From contig JACPBZ010000026.1 in assembly GCA_016180105.1 (NCBI GenBank), forward strand, positions 1 through 57,206: DNA of 57,206 bases, read 5' to 3'. Under the pieces are notes generated by a model, which saw only the letters and a program-made list of their open reading frames with translations, did not search any database and was not told where the DNA came from. The DNA comes from Candidatus Woesearchaeota archaeon. GTDB lineage: Archaea > Nanobdellota > Nanobdellia > Woesearchaeales > UBA10216. The position numbers and the translations under genes are program-made. Positions 9,573 through 19,633 of the stretch are shown one piece after another (position 1 is the first letter of the stretch; every line of letters begins with the position of its first letter).

Positions 9573-9728
9573 CCCCGCATAGCTCAACCTGGTCGAGCAC
9601 TCGGCTGTAGATGAGTTCGCTGGCATAACTTTCTCCGTGAGAGATTGGATGAGTGTCAGCCAGCCGTGCCCGAGGGATTCCCGGTTCAAATGGCCTTTTT
9701 TTGCGGCTTGGAAGTCCGGGTGCGGGGA
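9573..9728 (+). tRNA. tRNA-Tyr(GTA) with two introns (37/38: 9611-9668; 59/60: 9691-9714)
   Basis: CCCCGCA/TGCGGGG acceptor (C1-G72), CTCGG/CCGAG anticodon stem, CCCGG/CCGGG T stem; both inserts have BHB-like ends; TTTATAAA at 9541. Confidence 0.9.
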
Positions 9729-9735
9729 TTTTCTA

Positions 9736-10134
9736 TTACGGCTGTTTGCCGAATTTCTCAAAGCACTCGCTATCGTGAGACAGGTCTTTCTTTGCGCGCC
9801 AGCAGATGGCGTGTGCGGTTTCGTGGTCCATCAGCTTATTGAACTGCCATTTGCCTTGTGCAAATGAGGGGTTGAGGATTATCCTGTTCTTCTCCCTGTC
9901 CCCAACAAGGAAGAGCCCCTTTAACTCAAGGTTCGTGTCGAATCTGATCACGTCAATGCCCTTGAGCCTTGCCTGGTCGTAGCTGGCCAGGTATTGGCGC
10001 AATGCCTGCTCGTTTTTCACGTCTTTTGAAAATTGGACAGTGTAGGCACTGGCGCTTGAGGCCAGCGCCAGGGCTGCCAAGAGCATAAGCATCGCCAGCA
10101 TTCCAGCACGCGGATTTAGTTTGACTTTTACCAC
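9736..10134 (-). CDS. small secreted SprT-like zinc metallopeptidase
   Basis: Signal peptide MLAMLMLLAALALASSASA; HETAH..HDSECF (HExxH plus third His); start either GTG 10134 or ATG 10101. Confidence 0.65.
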   Translation of the reverse strand: MVKVKLNPRAGMLAMLMLLAALALASSASAYTVQFSKDVKNEQALRQYLASYDQARLKGIDVIRFDTNLELKGLFLVGDREKNRIILNPSFAQGKWQFNKLMDHETAHAICWRAKKDLSHDSECFEKFGKQP

Positions 10135-10226
10135 CCTGGGAATTCCCCAATTTTTCAAGTATTTAAATCTTCCTATTTTTAATGACTTTTAAGTAGTGAA
10201 TTTTCTGAGCCTGCTGGGCAGTTAAC

Positions 10227-10234
10227 TTTATAAA
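10227..10234 (+). promoter_or_regulatory. archaeal TATA box for the 5S-like RNA
   Basis: Consensus TTTATAAA about 25 nt upstream of 10259 with no ORF downstream. Confidence 0.6.
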
Positions 10235-10258
10235 TAAGTGGCTGTTTTTCCTTTTTGA

Positions 10259-10331
10259 ATGGCGGTCAGGGCTCTGGGCAAATACGTATTCTCTACTTCG
10301 AAGTATGGTGGAAGGTAGAGCTATTTGCCGT
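10259..10331 (+). rRNA. putative short 5S rRNA-like RNA lacking helices IV/V
   Basis: Helix I ATGGCGG/TTGCCGT, helix II GCTCTG/TAGAGC, helix III CGTAT/GTATG, loop ending CGAA; lies directly upstream of tRNA-Asp and tRNA-Lys. Confidence 0.5.
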
Positions 10332-10369
10332 GAAAGCTTAAATCCGACTGGAATATCCCGTAATCATAT

Positions 10370-10478
10370 GCCCTGGTGGTTCAGCCTGGCCTAGAATACA
10401 GCCCTGTCACGGCTGCGACCCGGGTTCAAATGTCACGATCGCCTATTCGCGACGGGCTTGAGAGTCCCGGCCAGGGCG
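10370..10478 (+). tRNA. tRNA-Asp(GTC) with T-loop intron 10431-10464
   Basis: GCCCTGG/CCAGGGC acceptor, CAGCC-CTGTCAC-GGCTG; removing 34 nt restores TTCAAAT. Confidence 0.92.
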
Positions 10479-10519
10479 TTTAGTGCGCCGGCTGGGATTC
10501 CGAGCGATTAGTGAGGTTA

Positions 10520-10536
10520 TCCCGGCCAGGGCGTTT
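10520..10536 (+). repeat. 17-bp duplicate of the tRNA-Asp 3' exon
   Basis: TCCCGGCCAGGGCGTTT at both 10465-10481 and 10520-10536. Confidence 0.85.
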
Positions 10537-10567
10537 TACGTTCCGCAAGGGCGGAAGTCCAGGGTAT

Positions 10568-10677
10568 GGGCCGGTAGCGCAGCCTGGCAGCGCAACGGAC
10601 TTTTAATCCGTGGGTCGCGGGTTCAAAACAACAGTGCCGATAAGCTCGTCGCTGCCGTGAGTGTCCCGTCCGGCCCG
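10568..10677 (+). tRNA. tRNA-Lys(TTT) with T-loop intron 10628-10663
   Basis: GGGCCGG/CCGGCCC acceptor, ACGGA-CTTTTAA-TCCGT; removing 36 nt restores TTCAAAT. Confidence 0.92.
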
Positions 10678-10702
10678 TTCAAAGTTCAGGAAGGTAATCT
10701 GC

Positions 10703-10942
10703 ATGAAGAAAATCGAACTCAGGAAACACGTGCTTGTTCCGAAGCACGAGAAGCTTTCTGAAAAGGAAAAGGGGGAGGTTCTTGGCCAGTACAGCTCATC
10801 GATTGATGATTTTCCAAGGATACTCAAGCGCGATGCTGCGCTTCAGGGGATTAATGTCAAGCAGGGGGACCTTATCAGGATAACGAGGAAGAGCGTGACA
10901 GCCGGTGAAACAGTCTTTTACCGTGTTGTCGTGCTTTCGTGA
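10703..10942 (+). CDS. rpoH: RNA polymerase subunit H (Rpo5)
   Basis: HVLVPKHEKL..FPRILKRD..GDLIRITRKSVTAGETVFYRVV. Confidence 0.96.
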   Translation: MKKIELRKHVLVPKHEKLSEKEKGEVLGQYSSSIDDFPRILKRDAALQGINVKQGDLIRITRKSVTAGETVFYRVVVLS

Positions 10943-10955
10943 TTGGTGGCTTGAA

Positions 10956-12449
10956 ATGGAACATTACGCGATTTTGCTGAAGAAGTTTTTTGAGGAGCAG
11001 TCCTTTGTTAAGTCTGACATAGAGTCTTTTAACTATTTTCTGGATAATGAGCTTAACTCGATAATCGATGAGAACAGGGAAATCTTGCCGACCATTATTC
11101 CCCCGAATGTTGATGAGTTCAAGATACGGTTTGATAACGTGAGGATAACCAAGCCTGAAATCACCGAGGCCGATGGTTCGGTGAGGAAGATTTATCCAAT
11201 GGAGGCAAGGCTTAGGAAGCTCACTTACGCTGCGCCGCTCTACATAACCGTGAGCGCTCACATTAATGGTGCCCAGAGGGAATCCTTTGAGACCCAGATT
11301 GGCAGCCTGCCTGTAATGCTCAAGTCGAAGGTTTGCCATCTGAACAAGCTTTCCAGGGAGGAGCTTTTGCAGCACGGCGAGGATCCTGATGACCCCGGCG
11401 GGTATTTCATAATTAATGGTACTGAGAAGGCCCTTGTCAAGGTTGAGGACCTGACTTCGAACAAGATGCTTATTGACAAGGATTCCAATTCCGGAAGCAA
11501 GCTTGTGTGCAAGATTTTTTCGGAAAAGGGTTCTTACAAGATTCCGCATACCATTGAGAGGATGAAGGATGGCATTTTTTATCTTACGTTCACCAGGGTT
11601 AGGAGGGTTCCCCTCATAGCGGTAATAAAGGCGCTTGGCCTCATCAAGGATGAGGAAATAATGAGATTCATTGCAGGCAATGAGTCTTTTGATGAGCTCA
11701 TTGTCAATCTGCTGGATTCTGCTGATATCAAGACTGAGGAGGATGCTATGGATGCGGTTGCGAAGATTTCCGGCATCACTCAGCCCAAGGAAATCAGGCT
11801 CGAGAGGATGAAGGAAATCCTTGATAAGTACCTGTTGCCGCATCTTGGCCTTACCCCTAAGGAAAGGATTTGGAAGGCTTACAACCTGTGCAAGATGGTG
11901 AGGAAGTACATTCTTTCCCTCAGGGGCCAGCTTGCTCCTGATGACAAGGACCATTATATGAACAAGCGCCTCAAGCTTTCCGGCGATTTGCTTGCAGACC
12001 TTTTGAGGGTTAATCTCAAGGTGCTTATTGGCGACTTGCTTTACAATTTCCAGCGCGTTGTCAAGCGTGGGAAATTTCCCACATTGAAGGTTATCATTAG
12101 GGAGAAGCTTCTCACGTCCAGGATTTACAGTTCTATGGCCACTGGTGCCTGGGTTGGTGGACGGAAGGGTGTTAGCCAGAGGATTCAGCGCCTTAATTTC
12201 CTGGAAATGATGTCGCATCTTCAGAGGGTGGTTAGTCCCCTTTCCGCGACGCAGGAAAATTTCCAGGCCCGCGAGTTGCATTGCACTCATCTTGGCAGGC
12301 TTTGCCCGATTGAGACTCCTGAAGGTACCAATATAGGCTTGAAGAAGAATCTTGCCCTTGTAGCTACAGTGAGCTTGGATGCGAATGAGGATGAAACCCT
12401 GAAAGTCATGCGTAATTATGGCTTGCGGGCTGTTGGAAAGCAGGTTTAG
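10956..12449 (+). CDS. rpoB2: RNA polymerase subunit B'' (Rpo2N)
   Basis: PMEARLRKLTY, DPGGYFIING, GRLCPIETPEGTNIGL. Confidence 0.96.
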   Translation: MEHYAILLKKFFEEQSFVKSDIESFNYFLDNELNSIIDENREILPTIIPPNVDEFKIRFDNVRITKPEITEADGSVRKIYPMEARLRKLTYAAPLYITVSAHINGAQRESFETQIGSLPVMLKSKVCHLNKLSREELLQHGEDPDDPGGYFIINGTEKALVKVEDLTSNKMLIDKDSNSGSKLVCKIFSEKGSYKIPHTIERMKDGIFYLTFTRVRRVPLIAVIKALGLIKDEEIMRFIAGNESFDELIVNLLDSADIKTEEDAMDAVAKISGITQPKEIRLERMKEILDKYLLPHLGLTPKERIWKAYNLCKMVRKYILSLRGQLAPDDKDHYMNKRLKLSGDLLADLLRVNLKVLIGDLLYNFQRVVKRGKFPTLKVIIREKLLTSRIYSSMATGAWVGGRKGVSQRIQRLNFLEMMSHLQRVVSPLSATQENFQARELHCTHLGRLCPIETPEGTNIGLKKNLALVATVSLDANEDETLKVMRNYGLRAVGKQV

Positions 12450-12458
12450 GTGTGAAAA

Positions 12459-14258
12459 ATGGCAGACGTTTACCTTAGTGGAAAATTTGTTGGCACGGTT
12501 GAGGATGGCGAGGCTTTCGCCAACTCAATGAAGGAGGAGAGGCGCCGGGGTGCGCTTTCCGAGAATGTCAATGTTTACTATGCTTCAAGGGGTGATGAGG
12601 TCCATATTGAGGCGGCAAAGGGCCGCCTGAGAAGGCCTCTTGTTGTAGTGAGGGACGGCAGGCCCATGCTTACTTCCGAGCACGTTGAGCGCCTTGGAAG
12701 GAATGAGCTCAAGTGGTCTGACCTGGTGAAGCAGGGTGTCGTGGAGTACCTTGATGCGGGTGAGGAGGAGAATGCGCTTGTTGCCTTTTTCGAGGAAGAG
12801 CTTACCCCGCAGCATACGCACCTTGAGCTTACGCCCTTGACTATGTTTGGGCTCGTTACCAGTCTTGTTCCTTACGCCAATTTCAATTCTGCCCAGAAGG
12901 TTAATACTGGCTCAAAGAACCAGAAGCAGGCTATTGGCTTTTATGCCTCTAACTATTTCATCAGGATGGATATGGATGTTAACTTGCTTCATAATCCGCA
13001 GATGCCCGTGGTCAAGTCGATTATGCACGACATTTCAGAGTATGCGAAGCACCCTGCCGGGCAAAACCTTGTCGTCGCGGTAATGAGCTACAAGGGCTAC
13101 AATATGGAGGACGCCATTATCATAAACAGGGGCTCCATTGATCGCGGGATGGGCAGGGGCAGCTATTACAGGCCGATGATTGCAGAGGAGCTTCGCTACT
13201 CCGGCGGCCTTGTTGATGAGGTTTGCATTCCTGCAAAGGACGTGAAGGGTTACAAGAGCGAGAAGGACTACAAGTTCTTGGAAGAGGATGGCATTATTTA
13301 TCCTGAGGCTCAGGTCAGGGAGGGAGATGTCGTGATTGGCAAGACTTCGCCTCCAAGGTTCCTCAGCAGCATGGAGCAGTATTCGCTTTCCGCCGAGACA
13401 AGGAGGGAAAGCTCTGTCTCGATGAAGCACGGTGAGGAGGGCATCATCGATTTTGTCTTGATTACTGAGAACAGCGAGGGCAACAAGCTTGTCCAGGTTA
13501 AGATTAGAGATCAGAGAATTCCAGAGGTTGGCGATAAGTTTAGTTCCAGGCACGGCCAGAAGGGCGTTGTTGGCCTGATTGTGCAGGAGTCTGATATGCC
13601 ATTTACTGCTTCGGGCATCAGGCCTGACCTGATTTTCAGCCCCCACAGTATTCCTACTAGGATGACTATGGCACACTTGATTGAGCTCATAGCTGGGAAG
13701 ACCGGCGCTCTTGCTGGAAGGCCTGTGGATGGCACTGTTTTCGATTCTGAGCCTGAGGAAAGGATTAGGAAGGAGTTGCTCTCGCTTGGCTTCAGGGATA
13801 ATGGCCTTGAGACCGTCTATAATGGCGAGACTGGCGAGCAGTTCCAGGTTGCCATTTTTGTTGGTGACATGTATTATCTCAGGCTTAAGCATATGGTTGC
13901 GAACAAGATTCATTCCCGCGCTCGCGGCCCGATTCAGCTGCTCACAAGGCAGCCTACTGAGGGCAGGGCGAAGGAGGGCGGGTTGCGCCTTGGCGAGATG
14001 GAGAAGGACACTTTTGTCGCCCACGGCGCCTCAATGCTGCTGAAGGAGAGGTTTGACTCTGACCGCACTATTGTGCCTGTGTGCGAGCAGTGCGGCATGG
14101 TTGCGATTTACGATGAGTACAAGCGCAGGAGCTATTGCCAGGTTTGCGGCGAGTCTAATATCAGCTTTATTGAGGTTTCGTATGCCTTCAAGCTGATACT
14201 TGACGAGTTCAAGAGCCTTATGCTTTACCCGCAGTTGAAGTTGAAGACAAAGTATTAG
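12459..14258 (+). CDS. rpoB1: RNA polymerase subunit B' (Rpo2C)
   Basis: GYNMEDA, GDKFSSRHGQKG, RQPTEGRAKEGGLRLGEME, C-terminal Zn finger. Confidence 0.97.
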   Translation: MADVYLSGKFVGTVEDGEAFANSMKEERRRGALSENVNVYYASRGDEVHIEAAKGRLRRPLVVVRDGRPMLTSEHVERLGRNELKWSDLVKQGVVEYLDAGEEENALVAFFEEELTPQHTHLELTPLTMFGLVTSLVPYANFNSAQKVNTGSKNQKQAIGFYASNYFIRMDMDVNLLHNPQMPVVKSIMHDISEYAKHPAGQNLVVAVMSYKGYNMEDAIIINRGSIDRGMGRGSYYRPMIAEELRYSGGLVDEVCIPAKDVKGYKSEKDYKFLEEDGIIYPEAQVREGDVVIGKTSPPRFLSSMEQYSLSAETRRESSVSMKHGEEGIIDFVLITENSEGNKLVQVKIRDQRIPEVGDKFSSRHGQKGVVGLIVQESDMPFTASGIRPDLIFSPHSIPTRMTMAHLIELIAGKTGALAGRPVDGTVFDSEPEERIRKELLSLGFRDNGLETVYNGETGEQFQVAIFVGDMYYLRLKHMVANKIHSRARGPIQLLTRQPTEGRAKEGGLRLGEMEKDTFVAHGASMLLKERFDSDRTIVPVCEQCGMVAIYDEYKRRSYCQVCGESNISFIEVSYAFKLILDEFKSLMLYPQLKLKTKY

Positions 14259-14271
14259 GGGAGAAAACAAA

Positions 14272-16741
14272 ATGCAAGACGATGCCGAGCCGTATGTGTA
14301 CAAGAAAGTGAGCGCAGTTACTTTTGGCGTTCTCAGCCCGAAGATGATTAAGAAGATGGCTGCTGCCAAGATTGTCACGCCTGAGCTTTATGACAAGGAG
14401 GGCTACCCTGTTGATGGCGGCCTTATGGATGTGAGGCTTGGCGTGATTGATCCGGGCTTGAGGTGCAAGACTTGCGGCTCAAAGCTTAAGGAGTGCACTG
14501 GGCACTTTGGCTACATCTCGCTTGCGAGGCCGGTAATTCATATCAGCTTTATCTCGGTCATTCTTACATTGCTGAGGTACACGTGCAGGGAGTGTTCCCG
14601 CGTGCTTTTGCCCACCGCAAGGATTGACCAGTATGGCGAGAGGCTTAAGCGCCTTGGCAAGGACAAGGGGCCTGAGGTAATGAGGAAGAAGCTCAAGGAC
14701 CTTATCAGCGCATCAAAGTCTGTTAGCAAGTGCCCGCATTGCAAGGCTAAGCAGAAGAAGATTCTGCTTGAGAAGCCCAGCACTTTCTTTGAGGATGACA
14801 AGCGCATTTCCCCGATTGAGATAAGGAGCAGGCTTGAGAAGCTTCAGGATGCTGATATTGAGCTTTTTGGCCTTAATCCTGGCGCAGTGAGGCCTGAATG
14901 GATGATTCTCACTGTTTTGCCAATTCCTCCTGTCACGATGAGGCCTTCCATTACCCTGGAGACTGGCGAGCGCTCTGAGGATGACCTTACTCACAAGCTT
15001 GGCGATATTGTGAGGATTAACCAGAGGCTATTTGAGAACATCAACGCAGGCGCTCCTGAAATCATAGTTGAGGACCTTTGGGACCTTTTGCAGTATCACG
15101 TTACGACCTTCTTCGATAATGAGGTTGCGCAGCTGCCTCCCGCAAGGCACAGGTCAGGCCAGCCACTCAAGACATTAACTGAGAGGATTAAGAGCAAGGA
15201 GGGCCGCATCAGGCACAACTTGACTGGCAAGAGGACTAACTTTTCCGCAAGGACGGTCATCAGCCCCGACCCAATGCTGGAGCTTAATGAAGTGGGCGTT
15301 CCGGACATAATGGCGATGAAGCTTACTGTTCCTGAGAGGGTTACTGAGTGGAATATGGCTTACCTTAAGGAGTTTGTGAGGAAGGGCCCGAAGAGTTATC
15401 CTGGCGCGAATTATGTCATCCGGCCTGATGGCCGCAAGAAGAGGCTGACTGAGGAAACTATCGAGGCTTCGGTTGAGGAGCTTCAGCCTGGTTACATTGT
15501 TGAGAGGCACTTGATGGATGGTGACATTGCCATCTTCAACAGGCAGCCATCGCTTCACAGGATGAGCATGATGTGCCATCGCGTGAGGGTTTTGCCCTGC
15601 AAGACTTTGCGCCTTAATCCTGCCGTGTGCTTCCCTTACAATGCGGATTTTGATGGCGACGAGATGAACCTTCACATTCCGCAGACTGAGGAGGCCCGCT
15701 CGGAGGCAGAGCTTTTGATGCTGGTTGATACCCAGATGATTTCCCCAAGGTATGGCCTTTCGGTCATAGGCTGCATCCAGGATGCGATATCTGGCAATTA
15801 CCCTTCTTCCCGAGAATTTTAACTTTTCCGGAAGGTCGAAGTCGCGGGAGGAGCCTGAGGTTGTTATCAAGGGCGGCAAGCTCGTGAGCGGCGTTATGGA
15901 CAAGAATAACCTTGGTGAGGGCTCTGGCTTGCTTCTTAGGAACCTGCACAAGAAGTATGGCAGGCAATTCGCCCTGGACACGCTTGGCAAGATGTTCAAG
16001 CTTGGCATTGCCCTCTTAATGAAGCGGGGCTTTACCACTGCGCTTTCCGATACTGACTTGCCTGGTGAGGCAAAGGCTGCAATCAAGGCTGTCTTTGAGA
16101 AAGCCGAGCAGGATGTTGCTGAGCTGATCTCGCAGTATAATTCGGGCCAGCTTGACATATTGCCTGGCCGTACCTTGAAGGAAACTTTGGAGCTGAAGAT
16201 TCTTGAGGTCCTTAATAAGGCTCGTGACGAGACTGGCAAGATTGTCGCAATGAATGTTGAAAGCTACTCGCACACTATTGTTATGGCAATTTCAGGTGCT
16301 CGCGGAACGCCTCTTAACCTTGCACAGATGGCAGGCTGCGTTGGCCAGCAGGCCCTTCGTGGCAAGAGGATTGAAAACGGCTATTACCAGAGGACGCTGT
16401 CCTGCTTCAAGCGTGATGACCTTTCGCCTGAGGCTCGCGGCTTCATCAAGAGCAGCTTCAAGGCTGGCCTGAAGCCCGCGGAATTCTTTTTCCAGTCGAT
16501 AGTTGGCCGTGACGCGCTTATGGACACTGCATTGAGGACTCCAAAGTCGGGATACCTCTATAGGAGGCTTGCTAACGCGCTTCAGGACCTTAAGGTTGAG
16601 TATGACGGCACTGTCCGCGATTCTGGAAAGAGGATTGTGCAGTTTAGTTACGGCGAGGATGGCATTGATGTTTCGAAGTCTGAAGGCGGCGTGCTGAACA
16701 TCAAGAGGGTGGCTTCAGAGGCGCTGGAGAGGGGTGAGTAA
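14272..16741 (+). CDS. rpoA1: RNA polymerase subunit A' (Rpo1N), interrupted by an apparent deletion/frameshift at about 15801
   Basis: [10 protein letters not shown] in ORF 14272-15822; C-terminal part ([21 protein letters not shown]) continues in another frame to 16741. Confidence 0.93.
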
Positions 16742-16743
16742 AG

Positions 16744-17877
16744 ATGTCCGCTAATGCTTTGAAGGATTTGAAGGCAGTTCTTCCGAAGGCTGTTTACGAG
16801 ATGGTGGCTGAGGCTCTTCCTGAGAAAATTTCAGAGGCAAGGGCCAAGGAGTTTGCGCAAAAAGTTGCAGCTGAATATAAGGAGATGTCGGTTGAGCCTG
16901 GCGAGTCTGTTGGTCTCGTGGCTGCAGAGTCGATTGGCGAGCCTGGCACGCAGATGACCTTGGACACTTTCCACTTCGCTGGCGTTTCTGAGATGAACGT
17001 TACAATGGGCCTGCCGAGGATTATAGAAATCCTTGATGGCAGGAAGAACTTGACCACTCCTATGATGGAGATATACTTGAAGAAGCCTCATTCAGAGGGA
17101 GAGGACATCAAGAAGGTCGCGCTGCTCGTGAAGGAGACCAAGCTGAAGGACATAGCTCTTGAGTTCTCCATTAATGTTGCGGAGGGCAAGGTTGAGGTTC
17201 AGCTTGACGGCTCGAAAATGAGGGAGCTTGGCATTACTGACACTGTTCTCGAGAAGGCATTGAAGTTTGCTGCCAAGGGTGTTGGCGTTGACATCAAGGG
17301 TGATACTGCGGTCTTGAAGCTTAAGTCCAAGGAGGGCGGCGTGAGCGACGTTTTCAGGCTCAAGGAAAAGGTCAAGGATGCCTTTGTCAGGGGTATTAGG
17401 GGTGTGTCCCAGGTTCTTCCGGTAAGGAAAAACAATGAGTATGTCATCCTGACTTTTGGCTCCAACCTGAAAAAGGTGCTTCAGCTTCCTTTTGTTGACG
17501 AGACTCGCACAACCACGAATGATGTTTTTGAGATAGAGGATACTCTTGGCGTTGAGGCTGCGAGGCAGGCAATTATCGATGAGGTTTTCAAGGTCATTGA
17601 GACCCAGGGCCTTAACGTTGACATACGCCACTTGATGCTCGTTGCTGATGTTATGTGCGCTGATGGAAAGGTCAAGGGCATTACCCGTTATGGTGTCGTG
17701 CGCGACAAGGCAAGCGTCCTGGCACGTGCCAGTTTTGAGACTCCGATAAAGCACATCATCAACGCAAGCCTGTATGGCGACATTGACAAGCTGACGTCGG
17801 TTGTCGAGAACGTGATGCTGAACCAGCCTGTGCCGGTTGGGACAGGCCTTCCAAAGTTAATATCCAAGAGCAAGTGA
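16744..17877 (+). CDS. rpoA2: RNA polymerase subunit A'' (Rpo1C)
   Basis: [38 protein letters not shown]. Confidence 0.97.
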   Translation: MSANALKDLKAVLPKAVYEMVAEALPEKISEARAKEFAQKVAAEYKEMSVEPGESVGLVAAESIGEPGTQMTLDTFHFAGVSEMNVTMGLPRIIEILDGRKNLTTPMMEIYLKKPHSEGEDIKKVALLVKETKLKDIALEFSINVAEGKVEVQLDGSKMRELGITDTVLEKALKFAAKGVGVDIKGDTAVLKLKSKEGGVSDVFRLKEKVKDAFVRGIRGVSQVLPVRKNNEYVILTFGSNLKKVLQLPFVDETRTTTNDVFEIEDTLGVEAARQAIIDEVFKVIETQGLNVDIRHLMLVADVMCADGKVKGITRYGVVRDKASVLARASFETPIKHIINASLYGDIDKLTSVVENVMLNQPVPVGTGLPKLISKSK

Positions 17878-17882
17878 TTTTT

Positions 17883-18146
17883 ATGGAACCAATAGCTGAA
17901 TTGAGGAAGCAGGTGCAGGGCGGCAAGCTTGTAATGGGGACTTCGGCAGTCACCAGGCTGCTCAAGAGTGACAGGCTTTCAAGGGTTTTTGCCGCTTCGA
18001 ATTGTCCTGAGGAAGTCGCGAATGAGGTCAGGCAGCTTTGCTCTTCTACAGGGACTGAGCTTGTGCAATTGCCTGTTCCGAATGACGAGCTCGGCGTGCT
18101 GTGCAAGAAGCCTTTTTCGATATCCTTGGTGGGCGTTATCAGGTAA
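17883..18146 (+). CDS. rpl30e: 50S ribosomal protein L30e
   Basis: GKLVMG, ASNCP, ELGVLCKKPFSIS; conserved position after rpoA2. Confidence 0.9.
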   Translation: MEPIAELRKQVQGGKLVMGTSAVTRLLKSDRLSRVFAASNCPEEVANEVRQLCSSTGTELVQLPVPNDELGVLCKKPFSISLVGVIR

Positions 18147-18152
18147 TTCGTT

Positions 18153-18572
18153 ATGGCTGCCGGCATAAAATACGATACTGCCCTTCTGAAGCTGATGTCC
18201 TTCTTTGAGTCTTCCACTGGGGCCAAGCTTCACGACTGTTTTGTCGACCAGAATGGGACTCTTGTTTTTGTTGTTCAGCCTGCGCAGTACGGCCTTGCCG
18301 TTGGCAGGGGCGGTTCGAACGTGAGGAGAATTGAGGCTGCCCTGAAGAAGGATATCAAGGTTGTCGAGCATTCATCAGATCTCGTCCAGTTCATTCAGGG
18401 GCTTATTCAGCCGTCAAAGGCGAGGGAAATAGCTGTTGCCGAAAACGTGGTCACGATAACCCCTGAGCCTTCGAGCAGGAGCTTTCTCATCGGCCGCGCG
18501 GGAAAGAACGTGAAGAACTTTGAGGCCATAGTCAAGCGGTATTTCCCGATTAAGGAGCTTAAGGTCCTTTGA
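18153..18572 (+). CDS. nusA: archaeal NusA (KH domains)
   Basis: AVGRGGSNV, IGRAGKNV; synteny. Confidence 0.93.
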   Translation: MAAGIKYDTALLKLMSFFESSTGAKLHDCFVDQNGTLVFVVQPAQYGLAVGRGGSNVRRIEAALKKDIKVVEHSSDLVQFIQGLIQPSKAREIAVAENVVTITPEPSSRSFLIGRAGKNVKNFEAIVKRYFPIKELKVL

Positions 18573-18614
18573 TTCAGCAATCTTTATAAACCACCTCTTG
18601 ATGCTCCTCTTGAA

Positions 18615-19052
18615 ATGGCAAGCAAGGCTCGTGGTTTGAATGCTGGAGGCTCCCTTTCGAAGAGGAGGGCTAGGGCGAGGTGGGCTAAGCACTCTTACGT
18701 GGCTCGCGTTCTTAACCTTAGGATGAAGTCAGATCCTCTTGAGGGTTCTTGGCAGGCCAAGGGCATTGTCCTTGAGAAGGTCCAGTTTGAGGCTAAGCAG
18801 CCTAATTCTGCTATGAGGAAGTGTGTTCGCGTTCAGCTTATCAAGAATGGGAGGCAGGTTACTGCCTTTTGCCCTGGGACTGGCGCTTCAAAGCTTATTG
18901 ATGAGCACGATGAGGTTCTCGTGGAGTGCATTGGTGGCAGGAAGGGGCGTTCTTATGGTGACATTCCAGGCGTCAGGTGGAAGGTAATCAAGGTCAATGA
19001 TCAGAGCCTGAACGCTCTTCTCAGGGGCAAGGTTGAGAAGGCAAGGAAGTAG
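18615..19052 (+). CDS. rps12: 30S ribosomal protein S12
   Basis: [31 protein letters not shown]. Confidence 0.98.
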   Translation: MASKARGLNAGGSLSKRRARARWAKHSYVARVLNLRMKSDPLEGSWQAKGIVLEKVQFEAKQPNSAMRKCVRVQLIKNGRQVTAFCPGTGASKLIDEHDEVLVECIGGRKGRSYGDIPGVRWKVIKVNDQSLNALLRGKVEKARK

Positions 19053-19108
19053 TGAAGCTTACTCTGCTATTTTTGTTGTTTACACTTTTTTTTTGAACTA
19101 CGAAGTAT

Positions 19109-19606
19109 TTACGCAGCCATTGCCATTATGACGCCTACCAGGATGGCCCCGAATATTAGCAATACGATGAATCCGACTATTGCTGCGATGACTGCCAGCA
19201 CGAGGCCTACGAGGAAGGCTTTTCCTGTTTCTGCCTTGTAGAATTTCTTTATTGCCAGCGAGTCAACAACGAATCCTGTTATCCAGAACAGGAGGAGCAG
19301 TGCGAGGCCAAGCGCTCCTTGGGCGAGCATTTGAGATGAGAGCTCTGCGCCTGCTGCAGGCATTGCCGATTTTCCGATTGCGCTGCCTACCGTAAGCTGC
19401 AGTACTGTGCGTATTAGGAAGTTTATGACTCCTGCGACGAGCGCTGTTATTAGTGCTGTCTTGAATTTCTTGTCGTGCAGCTTGAATGCTTTCGCGAGAA
19501 GCCATAGTATCAGTGCCGTATAAAGGACTGATATCAGGACTGAAACGCCTATGATTAGAAATCCGGCAGCGCCTGAAGCCATAAGTGCACCCGCGTCGGT
19601 AGCCAT
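19109..19606 (-). CDS. integral membrane protein, about 4 TM helices
   Basis: 165 aa with four long hydrophobic stretches. Confidence 0.7.
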   Translation of the reverse strand: MATDAGALMASGAAGFLIIGVSVLISVLYTALILWLLAKAFKLHDKKFKTALITALVAGVINFLIRTVLQLTVGSAIGKSAMPAAGAELSSQMLAQGALGLALLLLFWITGFVVDSLAIKKFYKAETGKAFLVGLVLAVIAAIVGFIVLLIFGAILVGVIMAMAA

Positions 19607-19633
19607 TGAGTGTGTCCTTTAGAGGCTCGTTAT

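Noticed and set aside
15782..15822. Programmed frameshift, intein or natural split in rpoA1 (likewise metG and lhr)
   Set aside because: Conserved sequence is missing rather than merely shifted; no slippery site, intein motifs or SD/start for the second part.
10875..17754. Long - strand ORFs across the RNA polymerase operon
   Set aside because: Antisense to highly conserved genes; a codon-bias artefact.
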